Source: a virus. Taken from it: 64,000 nucleotides of DNA. Shown here piece by piece: positions 1 through 11,330 of the stretch. The stretch is taken from positions 11,996 to 75,995 of the IMG/VR virus record IMGVR_UViG_3300027963_000066; one strand, given 5' to 3'. Position 1 is the first letter of the stretch. Each line of letters opens with the position of its first letter. The notes under the pieces are model-generated. The model was not told the DNA's origin. It made no database searches and worked only from the letters and a program-made list of their open reading frames with translations. The position numbers were made by a program, and so were the translations under genes.

Positions 1-2069
1 GGTCCTTGTGGCCCAGTTGGTCCCTGCGCTCCCTGATTACCTTGAGAGCCAGTCGGTCCGGTGGGTCCTTGCGGCCCTTGATTACCTGGGGCATTGCTGG
101 GAGCACCAGTCGGTCCTTGTGGTCCAGTTGGCCCTTGATTACCTGGGGCATTGCTGGGTGCACCTTGTGGTCCAGTTGGTCCCTGTGGGCCACTAGCATT
201 ACTACCCGCTCCAGTTGGTCCAGTTGGTCCAGCCACATTACTGGCCGCACCTTGTGGTCCTGTCGGTCCTAGTGTATTGCTACCTGCACCAGTCGGTCCG
301 GTTGGTCCTGCCACATTACTGGCCGCACCTTGTGGTCCTGTCGGTCCAGTAGGACCGCTTGCGGTGCTTCCTGGTCCAGTCCACCCCGTAGGTCCTGTAG
401 CCCCGACGGCATTACTAGCCGCACCTGTTGGGCCCTGTGGGCCCTGTGGTCCAGTTACTCCTTGCGGCCCTGTAGGTCCAGTTACGGATCCTGCATCCAC
501 AAATCCACTGTAAGGTCCTGTGCCCGTATAGACATATAAGTGTCCGTCAGCTGTAACAATGTATGAATCACCAATTGTTGGAGTTGGTACTGTAGGAAGG
601 TTACCAGCTGTAGCAACCTGTCCTTTAATTGTAATACCTGAACCTTGTGGACCTGTCCATCCTGTAGGTCCTTGAACGCCTTGAGGTCCCTGTAATCCGG
701 TTGGACCTGTAGATCCTATTCCCTGTGGGCCAGTAGCGCCGCTAGGTCCTGTAGGGCCAGTTACACCTTGCGGCCCAGTAGCACCGGTTGGTCCCATTTC
801 AGTACTGCCCGGTCCAGTCCAGCCTGTAGGCCCAGTGACCCCTTGAGGTCCAGTCCAACCTGTAGGCCCAGTCCAACCTGTAGGCCCTGTGGGTCCTTGA
901 ACTCCAGTAGGACCAATTGGTCCACCACTAGGTCCAGTCGGCCCAGTTGATCCGGCACCTGTAGCACCTGTAGGTCCAGTTGGCCCGTCTAAACCACTAG
1001 GTCCAGTTGGTCCAATAGGTCCACCACTAGGTCCAGTTGGCCCTGTAGAACCAGTTCCTGTAGGTCCAGTTGAACCTGTAGGTCCTGTAGGTCCGGTCCA
1101 TCCGGTAGGTCCAGTTGGTCCTTGTGGCCCTGTTGGCCCCGTAGGTCCTTGTGGCCCTGTTGGCCCCTGTGGTCCTGTAGCACCTGAAGGTTGGAACAGA
1201 ACACCATTTTGATAAAGATTACCACTAAAGTAAATGTCTCCGCCTACTCCTACGCCCCCTCGAACTACTAGGGCACCAGTCGATGTGCTGTTACTAGCAG
1301 TAGTTGCAGAAACTAAAATCTTTGGAGATGTTAACAGACCAGGATTTGCTAGGAATGAAAGACTGCTATCGGCTTTTGCTCCAACATAATCGTTAGGAAA
1401 AGGAACCATGGTCAAATATTGTACTACATCAGTTGAGGTGGTAGCAGTTACATATATTTTTTGTGTTTGAGTAGCATTACCTGAAAAAATAGTTGCAGTA
1501 CTGACCCAAGTAGCAGTACTGCCATTGCTTAATAGAATATATCCGCTAGTGCCGATAGGAATAAATGCAGTGGTATCGGGCGCACTTTGGATAGGAATAC
1601 TTCCAGCCGCACCGCCTGCTATGTTGGCAGGAGTATTAGGCCCAGTGGGTCCAGTGACACCTTGATTACCCTGAGCTCCTGTAGGACCTGTGGCTCCTGT
1701 AGGACCTGTCCATCCCGTAGGTCCAGTGACACCTTGTGGGCCAGTTGCACCTCGTGGGCCAGTCCATCCTGTAGGTCCTGTAACTCCCTGTGGGCCTGTA
1801 GCACCACGCTGACCTGTAGGTCCAGTCCATCCCGTAGGACCAGTGACCCCTTGTGGGCCAGTAGGTCCTTGTTGTCCAGTCGGTCCAGTAGCACCGGTCG
1901 GTCCAGTAGGTCCAATAGGGCCAGTTGGCCCTATTGTGTTAAGTAAACTTCTAGCCTGTGGTACTGTGATATACTGGTTTACAGTAGAATCCTGAACCAC
2001 AAATAATGTTTCCCCTTCTGTAGGGTTAGTTAGTTGCGGCAGTGATGTTATATTCGGTCTTATTGTCAT
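1..2069 (-). CDS. Collagen-like (Gly-X-Y, GPT-rich) fibre protein; 3' end runs off the window
   Basis: Hand translation from ATG at 2069: [28 protein letters not shown]... then [11 protein letters not shown] repeats; missing from the ORF track because no stop lies in the window. Confidence 0.9.
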   Translation of the reverse strand, partial: MTIRPNITSLPQLTNPTEGETLFVVQDSTVNQYITVPQARSLLNTIGPTGPIGPTGPTGATGPTGQQGPTGPQGVTGPTGWTGPTGQRGATGPQGVTGPTGWTGPRGATGPQGVTGPTGWTGPTGATGPTGAQGNQGVTGPTGPNTPANIAGGAAGSIPIQSAPDTTAFIPIGTSGYILLSNGSTATWVSTATIFSGNATQTQKIYVTATTSTDVVQYLTMVPFPNDYVGAKADSSLSFLANPGLLTSPKILVSATTASNSTSTGALVVRGGVGVGGDIYFSGNLYQNGVLFQPSGATGPQGPTGPQGPTGPTGPQGPTGPTGWTGPTGPTGSTGPTGTGSTGPTGPSGGPIGPTGPSGLDGPTGPTGATGAGSTGPTGPSGGPIGPTGVQGPTGPTGWTGPTGWTGPQGVTGPTGWTGPGSTEMGPTGATGPQGVTGPTGPSGATGPQGIGSTGPTGLQGPQGVQGPTGWTGPQGSGITIKGQVATAGNLPTVPTPTIGDSYIVTADGHLYVYTGTGPYSGFVDAGSVTGPTGPQGVTGPQGPQGPTGAASNAVGATGPTGWTGPGSTASGPTGPTGPQGAASNVAGPTGPTGAGSNTLGPTGPQGAASNVAGPTGPTGAGSNASGPQGPTGPQGAPSNAPGNQGPTGPQGPTGAPSNAPGNQGPQGPTGPTGSQGNQGAQGPTGPQG

Positions 2070-2111
2070 AATTCTGGGATATTTTTAATAGTGTATTTAT
2101 TGGAAAGTATT

Positions 2112-4484
2112 TTATCCAATTCTCCAGGCTGACCCGTCGTAATATACAGGTACTTTATAAGACCCAGTGCCTAATCCGGACACATTTGTATAGAATGTAG
2201 TGGTTGTGCAATCACTTATTGTGGCTCGCATACCTAGCACAAGATTTGTATTTGGTAACCCGGATACTGTATAGGTTGGGGGTAATAATGGCACCGCAGA
2301 CTGTACATATGTTTTATCCATCACTAGTACATTTGTTGATGATGTATAGAAAGAATATCGATAGGTACTTCTGTCAAATGTTAGATAAGAATTTTGACCC
2401 AATGACAGCAAAGGATTGCTACCATTCATTTCTAAATAATAATCATCGTCGTTGACACTTAATCGATTTACTGTGGTCCAAACAGCGCCTGTGGTTTTGC
2501 CCACAGTATTGCTTGATAGGTCAGTAGATCCACCTAATAATACCACTCCGCCTGCATTTTCAATCCCATATCCTGTATTGCCTGTTATTTTACCGCCATT
2601 AATACGGACATTATAATTGTTTATAGCCGCCCCAATTTTAATTCCACTAGCACCGCAACCTTGGATGTATGGAATGTTAAAATCAAAATCCAATCCAGCT
2701 GTAATTTCTACGCCGTAGCTAGTAGCATAATCAATTTCAATGTGATTAAATTTACCAATAGCCGGGTAAGTGGCACCGCCACTGGTATTACGAATGATTG
2801 CACCCTTGGTAGTTACTAGTCCTAGATATCCAATTTCTAAACTATGGCAGTTACCGTCCCAATCTAAACCATATTGATTATTGGCACAATCAATTACAGC
2901 AAAATTTATACGTAGAATATCTGATCTTAAAATGTCTGTTCCGTACCAAGTAATACCCTTACCGCCACAATACGCCCATAGCCAATCAACGACACAGGTA
3001 TTCGAATCCTGTATATACAATACAGAACTTGAAGTATAATTTGAACCAATATCAACGCCGTATAATTTTTTGATTGTTACCCTATCGGCATTATCAATCC
3101 TTAGCGCACATCCTGCTAGGTTTGGAGAATTAAAAGTCAAATCAACTTCTACACCTGCGCAACCACCTGTAATAGTTATTCCATTAATACTACCTGTAGG
3201 TCTTAAAACTCCAGGTCCTCCAAATCGCTGAAAAGTGTTACTTAAGATCAGCCCGGTGTTGTATTTGTAAATTTTACCTTCAGTTAATCGAACAGTTAGC
3301 CCTGAGTTTATTGCAGACTGTAGAGCAAAATAATCGTCAGCTATACCATCCCCCACTGCACCAAAATCTTCTGGTGTGACATATATGTCTTTTAATTTAG
3401 CATCAACGGTTCTTGAAGTTACGGTATTAATTTGTGTAAATGTCGACAGCCCGGTTGGTCCAGTAGGCCCGGCTGTGCCAGCACCAGTGGGTCCAATTGC
3501 ACCAGTAGGTCCTGTCACGCTAGGCCCAGTAGGACCTGTTACGCTGGGTCCAGTTGGACCTGTTGCACCCTGTACACCAGTTGGTCCTGTTGCACCGGTA
3601 TTCCCTTGTGAGCCTTGTGGCCCAGTTACACTGGGACCAGTTGGACCAGTAGAACCAAGATCGCCAGTTGGTCCTGTTGCACCGGTATTCCCTTGTGAGC
3701 CTTGTGGCCCAGTTACACTGGGACCAGTTGGACCAGTTACATTACTGGCCGCCCCAGTGGGACCTGTTACGCTAGGGCCTGTCCATCCTGTCGGACCTGT
3801 TACACTACTGGCCGCACCAGTAGGACCTGAGGGTCCAGTTGGACCAAATCCTTGTGGACCAACATTACCTTGAGCTCCTGTTGGGCCAGTAGCACCTGCA
3901 CCAGTTGGTCCAGTAGCGCCTACTCCCCCTGCACCTGTTGGACCCGTTGGACCATTAGCCGGCCCAGTTGGACCAGTAGCACCTGCGCCAGTTGGACCTG
4001 TTACACCGTTATTACCTGCAACACCTTGTGGTCCTTGTGGTCCAGTTGGTCCTCTAGTGCCTTGTGGGCCCGATCCGCTAGGGCCAGTCCATCCTGTAGG
4101 CCCAGTGGCACCTGCACCAGTTGGACCAGTCCTGCCAGTTGGTCCAGTAGCGCCAGGTTCACCTGTTAGACCTGTTGGGCCGCCCGGAGCACCTGGATTT
4201 CCTGTAGGACCTCTGACACCTTGTGGGCCTGTAGGACCAGCGCCTTGTGCGCCAGTAGGGCCTTGCGGACCCGGAGGGCCGCCGCTTGGTCCAGTTGCTC
4301 CTTGTTGACCTTGTAATCCGTCAATACCTCGAGGTCCTGTAGGGCCTGTGGCACCTTTAGATGCAGTAACCAATTGCGCCAGGGTCATTTTTTTGGTCCT
4401 AGATGCATCAGTTACATCAACTACCGGCAACACTATCTGGTTAGTTAATGTACTCACTGATGGCAAACTGGTAATAGCAGTCAT
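2112..4484 (-). CDS. Collagen-like tail fibre with C-terminal pectate-lyase-like beta-helix
   Basis: ~300 aa of GPT repeats, then [25 protein letters not shown], typical of tailspike/Pectate_lyase_3 starts. Confidence 0.85.
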   Translation of the reverse strand: MTAITSLPSVSTLTNQIVLPVVDVTDASRTKKMTLAQLVTASKGATGPTGPRGIDGLQGQQGATGPSGGPPGPQGPTGAQGAGPTGPQGVRGPTGNPGAPGGPTGLTGEPGATGPTGRTGPTGAGATGPTGWTGPSGSGPQGTRGPTGPQGPQGVAGNNGVTGPTGAGATGPTGPANGPTGPTGAGGVGATGPTGAGATGPTGAQGNVGPQGFGPTGPSGPTGAASSVTGPTGWTGPSVTGPTGAASNVTGPTGPSVTGPQGSQGNTGATGPTGDLGSTGPTGPSVTGPQGSQGNTGATGPTGVQGATGPTGPSVTGPTGPSVTGPTGAIGPTGAGTAGPTGPTGLSTFTQINTVTSRTVDAKLKDIYVTPEDFGAVGDGIADDYFALQSAINSGLTVRLTEGKIYKYNTGLILSNTFQRFGGPGVLRPTGSINGITITGGCAGVEVDLTFNSPNLAGCALRIDNADRVTIKKLYGVDIGSNYTSSSVLYIQDSNTCVVDWLWAYCGGKGITWYGTDILRSDILRINFAVIDCANNQYGLDWDGNCHSLEIGYLGLVTTKGAIIRNTSGGATYPAIGKFNHIEIDYATSYGVEITAGLDFDFNIPYIQGCGASGIKIGAAINNYNVRINGGKITGNTGYGIENAGGVVLLGGSTDLSSNTVGKTTGAVWTTVNRLSVNDDDYYLEMNGSNPLLSLGQNSYLTFDRSTYRYSFYTSSTNVLVMDKTYVQSAVPLLPPTYTVSGLPNTNLVLGMRATISDCTTTTFYTNVSGLGTGSYKVPVYYDGSAWRIG

Positions 4485-4487
4485 TGT

Positions 4488-6656
4488 TTATTTCCTGGTT
4501 AATGTGACATTATCGTCGAACGTCCAAACAATATCTTCTTCCAAATATGGATCAGAAGAAATAGCGTCTCCTATGTTCTGTCGTTGTAATAATAGATATT
4601 TAGTCGTTGCACTATCCTGCGTACCTTGAATGATAATTCGATCTATTTCAAAGTCTAAAAGTTTAAAATCAAATCCGCTCAATTTAATTCTGCTGACGAT
4701 TCTTGATCCTTGACCAGGTAAAGCATAACAAATAGGCACCACTGTCATATATCCCGGGATTCGATATTCTCCTGCCTGTGGAGTCTGCATGTATAAAGGT
4801 TGATAGGAATCGTCAACGCTAATAACTGAACCGTCGGGCAATTGCAGTGCTCTTAGGCTTTTTTGCATATTTTCAATGCTTCCTGGGTAATAGGAGTCGT
4901 TATCAACATATATTACCGAATTAGCCCCGGCTTGATCATCAATCATATCGAGGTAAACTACTTCGTACAATGGTTGATTGAATGAATTTTTGGCTATGGC
5001 TATTTTAATGTCACCAAAGTAAAAACGTTTTTTATAAAAATTACGTTTTAATGCCTTTACATACTCTCTTAAAGTAAGTTTTTCTATTCCAAACTCAACA
5101 ACTAATTGAATACCTCGTTGTACTCCAAAATTATAATCGTAATACCTGTAGATTAAATTTGGATCAAAAGTAAAAGTGTTGCTGATAAATTCTCTAAATT
5201 GATCTTTCTTATCCTGAGATAAAAATGGTCTTAGACTAATACTGGTATATTCCGGTGAATCCTCACCGTTTGTCTGAACTACAAACATGCGACTAACTGA
5301 GCTTAGATCATATACATCGCCGGCGTTGATGGTAAATGTGTATGATGCGGGATTTGCATATGCCACCCTTCCATAGATACTGCCATCACTGCCCAATGTT
5401 AATCCTGGAGGCAATGTTCCGCTGGCCAAGGAATACTTGATTGAGTAATTTGAATTAATATGTTTAGCTACCACAGCCAGCTCGCTGACATGTCCAACAA
5501 ACACCTGCCCTAAATTTGAATTAGTTACCCATTGAATAGTACTTTCGACTTCTCCCTTAATGGCCAAGGTAAATGTATTAGTGGCAGTGGTTTTAGTCTG
5601 AGTAGCTGTGTCAGTTTTAGTAGCTTCTATTGTCAAGTTATAATTTTTAGTATAAGCTGGCTGATACGGCACATACCCGGACAGGTAACCTTTGTCAGGA
5701 TCTAAAGTAAGTCCTAAAGGTAAATTTGTTGCTACGGTTCCTGTATTGATTAATCTGTATTGTAATGTGCCAGAATACGGTGATGCATCATAGACTGTGA
5801 CAGGAATATCTTGACTATTATTGGCTCGAATAGTGCCAAGACTTGTGCCATTGATCCACTGCAATGGTTGCATGTAGATATTAGGTGCAGATATAGCGGG
5901 TAATACGATATCTACTGGCATGGAAGTTGTATTGTAGTTTAAAATATCTACACTGGTCACTACAATTTTAAAAAATTTTCTAGTTTCTAAAATGCCATCA
6001 GTTGCCGCTACAATAAATTGATAAATTCTAGGAACCCCGGGTATTTTACCAAAAGTAGTCGCAGAGTGATCGTATGTATATTTGTCATATGATTCTGTGT
6101 CATACCCGCCAGTAGTCGATATTTGTCCATCAACTGACACAGAATCTTGAACAAATCCGGTAATTTTTCCTAACTCAGTTAGAGTTAGCCCTGGAGGTAA
6201 TATACCACCCTTGTCTGGAATGTAGTAACGAATTTTAGCGTCACTTGGAGCTTCGGTCGGGTTGGCCTGTAGTTGAAAATCTACCCATTCGCCTGTAAAA
6301 ACATATTCTTTACCGTTGATTTTTAAGTATTGATTATTACCGGTAGTGGTAATCCATGTTGGTTGATCCGGTCCTAGGATGTCGATGCTAAATGTTCTGT
6401 CTGCTAACCCGTAGTTGTTCCTGGCTCTAATAACAAATTCGTATTTGCTTAAATTTAACGTGTTACCTGCTACACCTCTAATTAATCCTATACCATTAAG
6501 TGCAGGTGACGCCAAGCTAAGTCCTGGCGGAAGTGCTCCAGAAATCAGTGTATAACTAGTATCTGCTGTGGTAGTTCGTATGTATTCACGGACTGTATTT
6601 CCTTCGTAGGCACTGAACAAGGGTCCTGCAGGGGTAATCCAAACTGGTGAGCTCAT
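4488..6656 (-). CDS. Putative Ig-like repeat virion/baseplate structural protein
   Basis: Repeated G.LPPGL.L...G.I.G motifs (putative Ig domains); next to fibre genes. Confidence 0.7.
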   Translation of the reverse strand: MSSPVWITPAGPLFSAYEGNTVREYIRTTTADTSYTLISGALPPGLSLASPALNGIGLIRGVAGNTLNLSKYEFVIRARNNYGLADRTFSIDILGPDQPTWITTTGNNQYLKINGKEYVFTGEWVDFQLQANPTEAPSDAKIRYYIPDKGGILPPGLTLTELGKITGFVQDSVSVDGQISTTGGYDTESYDKYTYDHSATTFGKIPGVPRIYQFIVAATDGILETRKFFKIVVTSVDILNYNTTSMPVDIVLPAISAPNIYMQPLQWINGTSLGTIRANNSQDIPVTVYDASPYSGTLQYRLINTGTVATNLPLGLTLDPDKGYLSGYVPYQPAYTKNYNLTIEATKTDTATQTKTTATNTFTLAIKGEVESTIQWVTNSNLGQVFVGHVSELAVVAKHINSNYSIKYSLASGTLPPGLTLGSDGSIYGRVAYANPASYTFTINAGDVYDLSSVSRMFVVQTNGEDSPEYTSISLRPFLSQDKKDQFREFISNTFTFDPNLIYRYYDYNFGVQRGIQLVVEFGIEKLTLREYVKALKRNFYKKRFYFGDIKIAIAKNSFNQPLYEVVYLDMIDDQAGANSVIYVDNDSYYPGSIENMQKSLRALQLPDGSVISVDDSYQPLYMQTPQAGEYRIPGYMTVVPICYALPGQGSRIVSRIKLSGFDFKLLDFEIDRIIIQGTQDSATTKYLLLQRQNIGDAISSDPYLEEDIVWTFDDNVTLTRK

Positions 6657-6704
6657 ATTTTTGATAAATCCTTTACTCGGGTATTTACCAAAAATATGTA
6701 TTGA

Positions 6705-6926
6705 TTAATGCAGGGTTCTATTCCCTACATCTTCTATTCGATCGATGCCAAAAATGCTTAATATAGCCTGTATTTCTTCCGGAGGGTCTTCCATCAAATG
6801 TTCTGGATACATCATACTTTTTAGTTCACCATCTGGACCTATGATAAATCCAAAATCGTCTGGTGAATAGTCGTCGTCTCGTTCTTCTTCTATTTCTACA
6901 GCATTAGCTGGGATGTTGTTGGGCAT
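6705..6926 (-). CDS. Small acidic hypothetical protein
   Basis: ORF with upstream GGAG. Confidence 0.6.
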   Translation of the reverse strand: MPNNIPANAVEIEEERDDDYSPDDFGFIIGPDGELKSMMYPEHLMEDPPEEIQAILSIFGIDRIEDVGNRTLH

Positions 6927-6956
6927 TTTAGCACTCCAAAATTAGTTTTTGATAGA

Positions 6957-7529
6957 TTATTTTTTAAGGTTGATTCTATCGTTTATCACCGACCAGTTAA
7001 TTGCCCTCCATATATTTTTTAAGTATTTTGCCTTGTCTGCTTGGTAATCCAGAGACCAAGCATGCTCCCACCAATCTATTAACAGTATGATATCCTGTTT
7101 TACTTGATGATTTGTTATAATTTTTACTTGCCCGTTCCGAGCAAGGTATACCCACCCACTGCCTTGTATAGCCATGGCTGTTGTTTCGACAGTATTTTTT
7201 AATTCGTCAACACCGTCTTTAAAGTGTTTTTCTATAAATTCTAGACTAGCGCCGTGGGGTTGATTTCCTGAACTAGGAGATTTTAATTGCGGAAAAAAAA
7301 TGTTATGGAGAAATGCCCCTGCATGGTTAAAATCAGCATCTCCCTCGTCTCGATTGTACCGATCAACATATCCTTTGGCTAATTTTCCGTAATGATAATC
7401 TATAGTATCTTCACTCATTACTGGTGCTAGGTCTGTTCTAGCATAAGGAAGCGGCTCTAATACCAATTTGTCTTTTTTGGTATCTGCTTCAATAACCAAT
7501 CGTTTTAAATCAGATAAACTTTTTTCCAT
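6957..7529 (-). CDS. sod: Fe/Mn superoxide dismutase
   Basis: LPY..L.P..S..T..YHY.K, FLHNIFF, QGSGW and DWWEHAW motifs; start trimmed to MEKSL. Confidence 0.92.
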   Translation of the reverse strand: MEKSLSDLKRLVIEADTKKDKLVLEPLPYARTDLAPVMSEDTIDYHYGKLAKGYVDRYNRDEGDADFNHAGAFLHNIFFPQLKSPSSGNQPHGASLEFIEKHFKDGVDELKNTVETTAMAIQGSGWVYLARNGQVKIITNHQVKQDIILLIDWWEHAWSLDYQADKAKYLKNIWRAINWSVINDRINLKK

Positions 7530-7582
7530 GTAAGTATTTATGAAGGTTAAATAAAGATACAATTTTTGAAAGGAATCCTATC

Positions 7583-7945
7583 ATGGAATTAATTATTGCA
7601 GGTATTTTTGTTGTAGCAGTGGCCGCTTTCTTGATTTTTAGAAAAAAATCAGAGCCACAAGAAACTACAGCAAGTGTACCATATAAAGTAGAAACCCCCG
7701 AACCAACTCCTGTGGTTGCTGAACCAACTCCAGTAGTGGAAGTTGCTCCTATAGCAGAAGCAATCCCGGTAGTTGCTGAAGTTGCTCCAGTACAGGCAGA
7801 AGTAGTCGAAGCTCCGGCTAAGAAACCACGTAAGCCACGTACTCCTAAGGCCCAACCAGCAGTTAAAGAAAAAGCCCCGGCTAAAGCCAAGGCTCCAAAA
7901 GCTACTGCTAAAAAGCCAGCCGCAAGAACAGTTAAGAAAAAATAA
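7583..7945 (+). CDS. Single-pass membrane protein with Pro/Val/Glu linker and Lys/Ala-rich tail
   Basis: N-terminal hydrophobic helix; AAGGA RBS. Confidence 0.75.
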   Translation: MELIIAGIFVVAVAAFLIFRKKSEPQETTASVPYKVETPEPTPVVAEPTPVVEVAPIAEAIPVVAEVAPVQAEVVEAPAKKPRKPRTPKAQPAVKEKAPAKAKAPKATAKKPAARTVKKK

Positions 7946-7970
7946 ATAGTACTAACATTACAACAACACC

Positions 7971-8696
7971 ATGACTAGCATATACCCTATTATTAAAGAC
8001 CAGGACTGGATTTCTCCAGTTACATATAATCTTTTCAAAAGATTTAACTATGACGGATGTGGAATTGATTGGGCTACTGTTAGAGTGTTAGACGTTGGAT
8101 GTAATGTAGGAAATTATGTTAACTGGGCAAACAATGTTGTATCTCGGGAGAATTATGTAGGCTTAGATATAAATGAAAAATTTATTAACATTGCCCGCAT
8201 GATACATCCCGAGTATCAATTTGTACATTGTAACAAATGGCATCGTAGTTATAATCCTACAGGAATTAAGAATCTTTCAATCCGCGATTCTTTATCTGGT
8301 GAGTTTGATATTGTTGTATTGAACAGTGTATTCTCCCATGCCAATGCTGATGAAATTCGTGCAGAAATTTTAGATATTTTTACTGTATTAAAACCTGGTG
8401 GAATTTTGTTAACTACATTTTTTACAGATATTAATTTAACACCGTTCTTGGGATACATAAAAAATATATACGGAGTTGACACTGAATATTCAATTCCTGA
8501 ATATGAAACATCTGTGTATCTAATTGATTATGAGACTATTGTGGTTGATCAAGATTCTTTAAATTTAGAGACTTGCAACAGTTTCTCTAGTTTTTATAAA
8601 GAAACAAAACTTACAGAATTGTTTACAGGGGCAGAAGTGATAAACACTGCACAGCCCTTTGCTCAAGCATTGGTCAAGTTTACTAAACCGTTGTAA
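7971..8696 (+). CDS. Class I SAM-dependent methyltransferase
   Basis: VLDVGCNVG, FDIVVLNSVFSH, LKPGG. Confidence 0.85.
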   Translation: MTSIYPIIKDQDWISPVTYNLFKRFNYDGCGIDWATVRVLDVGCNVGNYVNWANNVVSRENYVGLDINEKFINIARMIHPEYQFVHCNKWHRSYNPTGIKNLSIRDSLSGEFDIVVLNSVFSHANADEIRAEILDIFTVLKPGGILLTTFFTDINLTPFLGYIKNIYGVDTEYSIPEYETSVYLIDYETIVVDQDSLNLETCNSFSSFYKETKLTELFTGAEVINTAQPFAQALVKFTKPL

Positions 8697-9708
8697 GTTT
8701 AGATTGCTCATATAGAGCAAAGCTGGCTAGATTCTTGCCTTTGGCTTCGATCATCATATCAAAGTGATCTAAGAATTGTAAGGCCCAAGCATTGACTTCG
8801 GTGTTCCACATAAAATCACTGTGGGCTCGAAGTTTTTGTTTTTTGTAGCCCGACTCTAATAGAGTAGACATTATAGGTTTAGTTGCTGTATCGTGGGCTA
8901 CTAGATAATCCTCACGGCTAACACTATAATGACAAGTTGGGCGAACACCTCGCCAGCTATCAATTACACGTTTAACTCTATCGTCGGAGGGCTGGATATA
9001 GTCTCCCGTACGGATCCAGTGATGGTGTATATCAAGTACGAGGGCGCAGTGTTTTTCGAGTTCGAGACTGCTGTCAATTCCCCAACAGTTTTCGTCATTT
9101 TCGATAGTGATACAGTTTCTTGCTTCGGGGGTAAGGCGTTGGAGGGCAGAGATAATACCTTGGGGACCTTGTTTACCCGAGATGTGTACATTGATTTTAA
9201 AGTCTTGAAAAGTCTTGCCGTATCCCATCCACCTGACCATATCTGCATGATATTCAAATTCCTCTATTGATCGTTCTACAATGCCAGGGTTCTCACTTGC
9301 CAACACAGTAAACTGCCCAGGATGCATAGACAACCTAACGTTATTCTTGCGAGCCAAAGCTCCCACGGCTCCAAATGCTCTTTCGCAATAGGCTCTAACA
9401 TCGCTACGCCGCCAAAACCCGCACCAATCCTGCTGAGTATATACAGGGAGTATATCGCTCGAGAGTCGTACCATTCTAAGATTTTCATTGAGTGAGCCTA
9501 CCTTTTCAACGAGCTTGCGAGTAGCTTCAATGTTACCTACCATTAGGTCCCACAACTTTTGTTCAGCTACTTCTTTGCTCTGTCTATTTAACCAAGCAAC
9601 GGTAGTAGAGCCTGTGTTAAAAGCCTTAGCATCGTCGGTGGGTTTAATTCCGTCCACCTGCTCTGCGTGATCAATCCACTTACAGGCAAATCCAATTCTT
9701 TTAATCAT
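8683..9708 (-). CDS. uvsE: UV damage endonuclease
   Basis: RIGFAC, RLSSD, RLSMHPGQF, IENDE, LDIHHH, AHSD, EAKGK motifs. Confidence 0.93.
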   Translation of the reverse strand: MIKRIGFACKWIDHAEQVDGIKPTDDAKAFNTGSTTVAWLNRQSKEVAEQKLWDLMVGNIEATRKLVEKVGSLNENLRMVRLSSDILPVYTQQDWCGFWRRSDVRAYCERAFGAVGALARKNNVRLSMHPGQFTVLASENPGIVERSIEEFEYHADMVRWMGYGKTFQDFKINVHISGKQGPQGIISALQRLTPEARNCITIENDENCWGIDSSLELEKHCALVLDIHHHWIRTGDYIQPSDDRVKRVIDSWRGVRPTCHYSVSREDYLVAHDTATKPIMSTLLESGYKKQKLRAHSDFMWNTEVNAWALQFLDHFDMMIEAKGKNLASFALYEQSKLTTV

Positions 9709-10312
9709 GTGATACTTTTTTTTGATACATCCAATCTAGACCATCTCGGTCTAGACCGCGACCCGCAAATTCAAAATTATATTTTTCCAAGTGTTGCTTT
9801 ACTGGTTCAGTCTGTCCGTGAAGGTTGGTGTATTCAAAACTAAGTTGATCAATATCAAATAGACTCCAATCTGTGTCAAGAATAACGTCGCCATCGACAC
9901 CTTCAATATCTAATGCTAACACATCTACATGTGAATTGCCAACAGTTTTATTGAGGAAATTGGTTAATGTTTCACAAGGTGCTTGAAATTCTACAAGATC
10001 ATCTCTTCCTGTATGATTTCTATTAACGCTGGTACATTGATAGTGAGGACCGTCACCTTTGGAATAATAAAAGGTAACTGTTTTATCTGTGTAGTAGCTA
10101 GGAATTATACCGATGTCGTAAATTTCTGCTTGAGGATAATCTTTCCAACATTCTTTTAAAAATGGAATGTTAATAGGATTTGGTTCTACTAAAATAACCC
10201 TACCAATTGTAGTAGGATCTAACGCCTTAACCATGCGAGTAAATCCATCTATAAAATTAGCACTGGGATCTCTGTCACCGGCACCGGCACCTACTTGTAT
10301 AAAAGTTTTCAT
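9701..10312 (-). CDS. FkbM-family methyltransferase
   Basis: FIQVGA, VEPNP, LALDIEG motifs. Confidence 0.85.
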   Translation of the reverse strand: MKTFIQVGAGAGDRDPSANFIDGFTRMVKALDPTTIGRVILVEPNPINIPFLKECWKDYPQAEIYDIGIIPSYYTDKTVTFYYSKGDGPHYQCTSVNRNHTGRDDLVEFQAPCETLTNFLNKTVGNSHVDVLALDIEGVDGDVILDTDWSLFDIDQLSFEYTNLHGQTEPVKQHLEKYNFEFAGRGLDRDGLDWMYQKKVSHD

Positions 10313-10470
10313 TATTCTTTCTCCATGGACCACGATCCATCTTTATTATCTGTCCATTTTAACACATCGCCTTCTTTCCATCCTTGCATTTCCAACAGCT
10401 CTGGTGGTAAAGGTAAAATAAGATCTCCGGTCTCCGGATCTTCTTCAACGGTAATAGTCCACTGTGTCAT
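10312..10470 (-). CDS. Small AbrB/MazE-like protein (52 aa)
   Basis: Hand translation MTQWTITVEEDPETGDLILPLPPELLEMQGWKEGDVLKW... Confidence 0.65.
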   Translation of the reverse strand: MTQWTITVEEDPETGDLILPLPPELLEMQGWKEGDVLKWTDNKDGSWSMEKE

Positions 10471-10472
10471 AG

Positions 10473-10721
10473 TTAATTCCTTGTAAGTGCGTGATAAACT
10501 AAAAATTCTTTAAAAGCCTTATAGACGGCGGCCGCTTCTTCTTCGTCCGCCTTGACTTTTACTCCTCGAACATAAAATCCATCTTCGGTAATTTTAAGCA
10601 TTTCTATTTGCCCACCGACAAGTGTAATATTACTTTCTGGAGGTGCCGATACAGTCAATACCGGTTCAGGCAGTGGGGTGTTAATGATAAACATTTCTTG
10701 CGCTATAATTCCGTGTGTCAT
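10473..10721 (-). CDS. Hypothetical protein
   Basis: ORF downstream of a sigma70-like promoter. Confidence 0.6.
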   Translation of the reverse strand: MTHGIIAQEMFIINTPLPEPVLTVSAPPESNITLVGGQIEMLKITEDGFYVRGVKVKADEEEAAAVYKAFKEFLVYHALTRN

Positions 10722-10751
10722 GTTATTATTATACACTGTTTGCAGGTTAAG

Positions 10752-11330
10752 TCAAATCTTATTATACCATCCAGTCAGTATATATTTTGGCTGTGTGTAA
10801 ACTGTATTGCCTCGATGCACATGGGTCATGCCTGCAGGCCAAATGACCACAGTACCTCTGGTAGGCCGAACTTTTCGATGCTGGAATAAAAACTCAGTTT
10901 CAGCTTCACCTTCGGGCATGTCATTCAAATAGATCATCCAAGTTAGTTCTCTTGAATGATAATTTATTCCGCCGTTTTCGTAATGCCAAATATGAAATCC
11001 ACCGCGTGGCGGAGTTTTCTGCAATTTCATTTCGCAGTTGTTAGTCATGTTTAAATCTTTTAATTGACTAAATTCTGCAATATATTCGGTTAGGCAATCA
11101 TGTAGATAGTACAAATATTTGCTACAGAGATCTGCTTTATTAAACACAGGATTTTGTAAGAATACAGCAATATCGGCTCTCCCTAATCCACCATTAGAAA
11201 ACTGTGTGTTATTATTAATGACATGATCTTTAAGATCCGGATTAACGATAACTGATTCAATAGTATCAATAGTTTCTTGGCAATCCTCGGAAGAGACTTT
11301 ACCAGGCCATATTCTAATAAAATCTTCCAT
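10752..11330 (-). CDS. 2OG-Fe(II) oxygenase (prolyl-hydroxylase-like)
   Basis: WHYE...MIYLND...GTVVIWPA...HVHRG...KYILTGW. Confidence 0.88.
   Translation of the reverse strand: MEDFIRIWPGKVSSEDCQETIDTIESVIVNPDLKDHVINNNTQFSNGGLGRADIAVFLQNPVFNKADLCSKYLYYLHDCLTEYIAEFSQLKDLNMTNNCEMKLQKTPPRGGFHIWHYENGGINYHSRELTWMIYLNDMPEGEAETEFLFQHRKVRPTRGTVVIWPAGMTHVHRGNTVYTQPKYILTGWYNKI

Noticed and set aside
1-4350. Short direct repeats as a CRISPR array or tandem repeat element
   Set aside because: They are 9-nt-periodic collagen codon repeats with no repeat-spacer structure
6-4629. Plus-strand and off-frame ORFs over the collagen genes
   Set aside because: Shadow frames of GGN-CCN-ACN repeats; the real genes are on the minus strand
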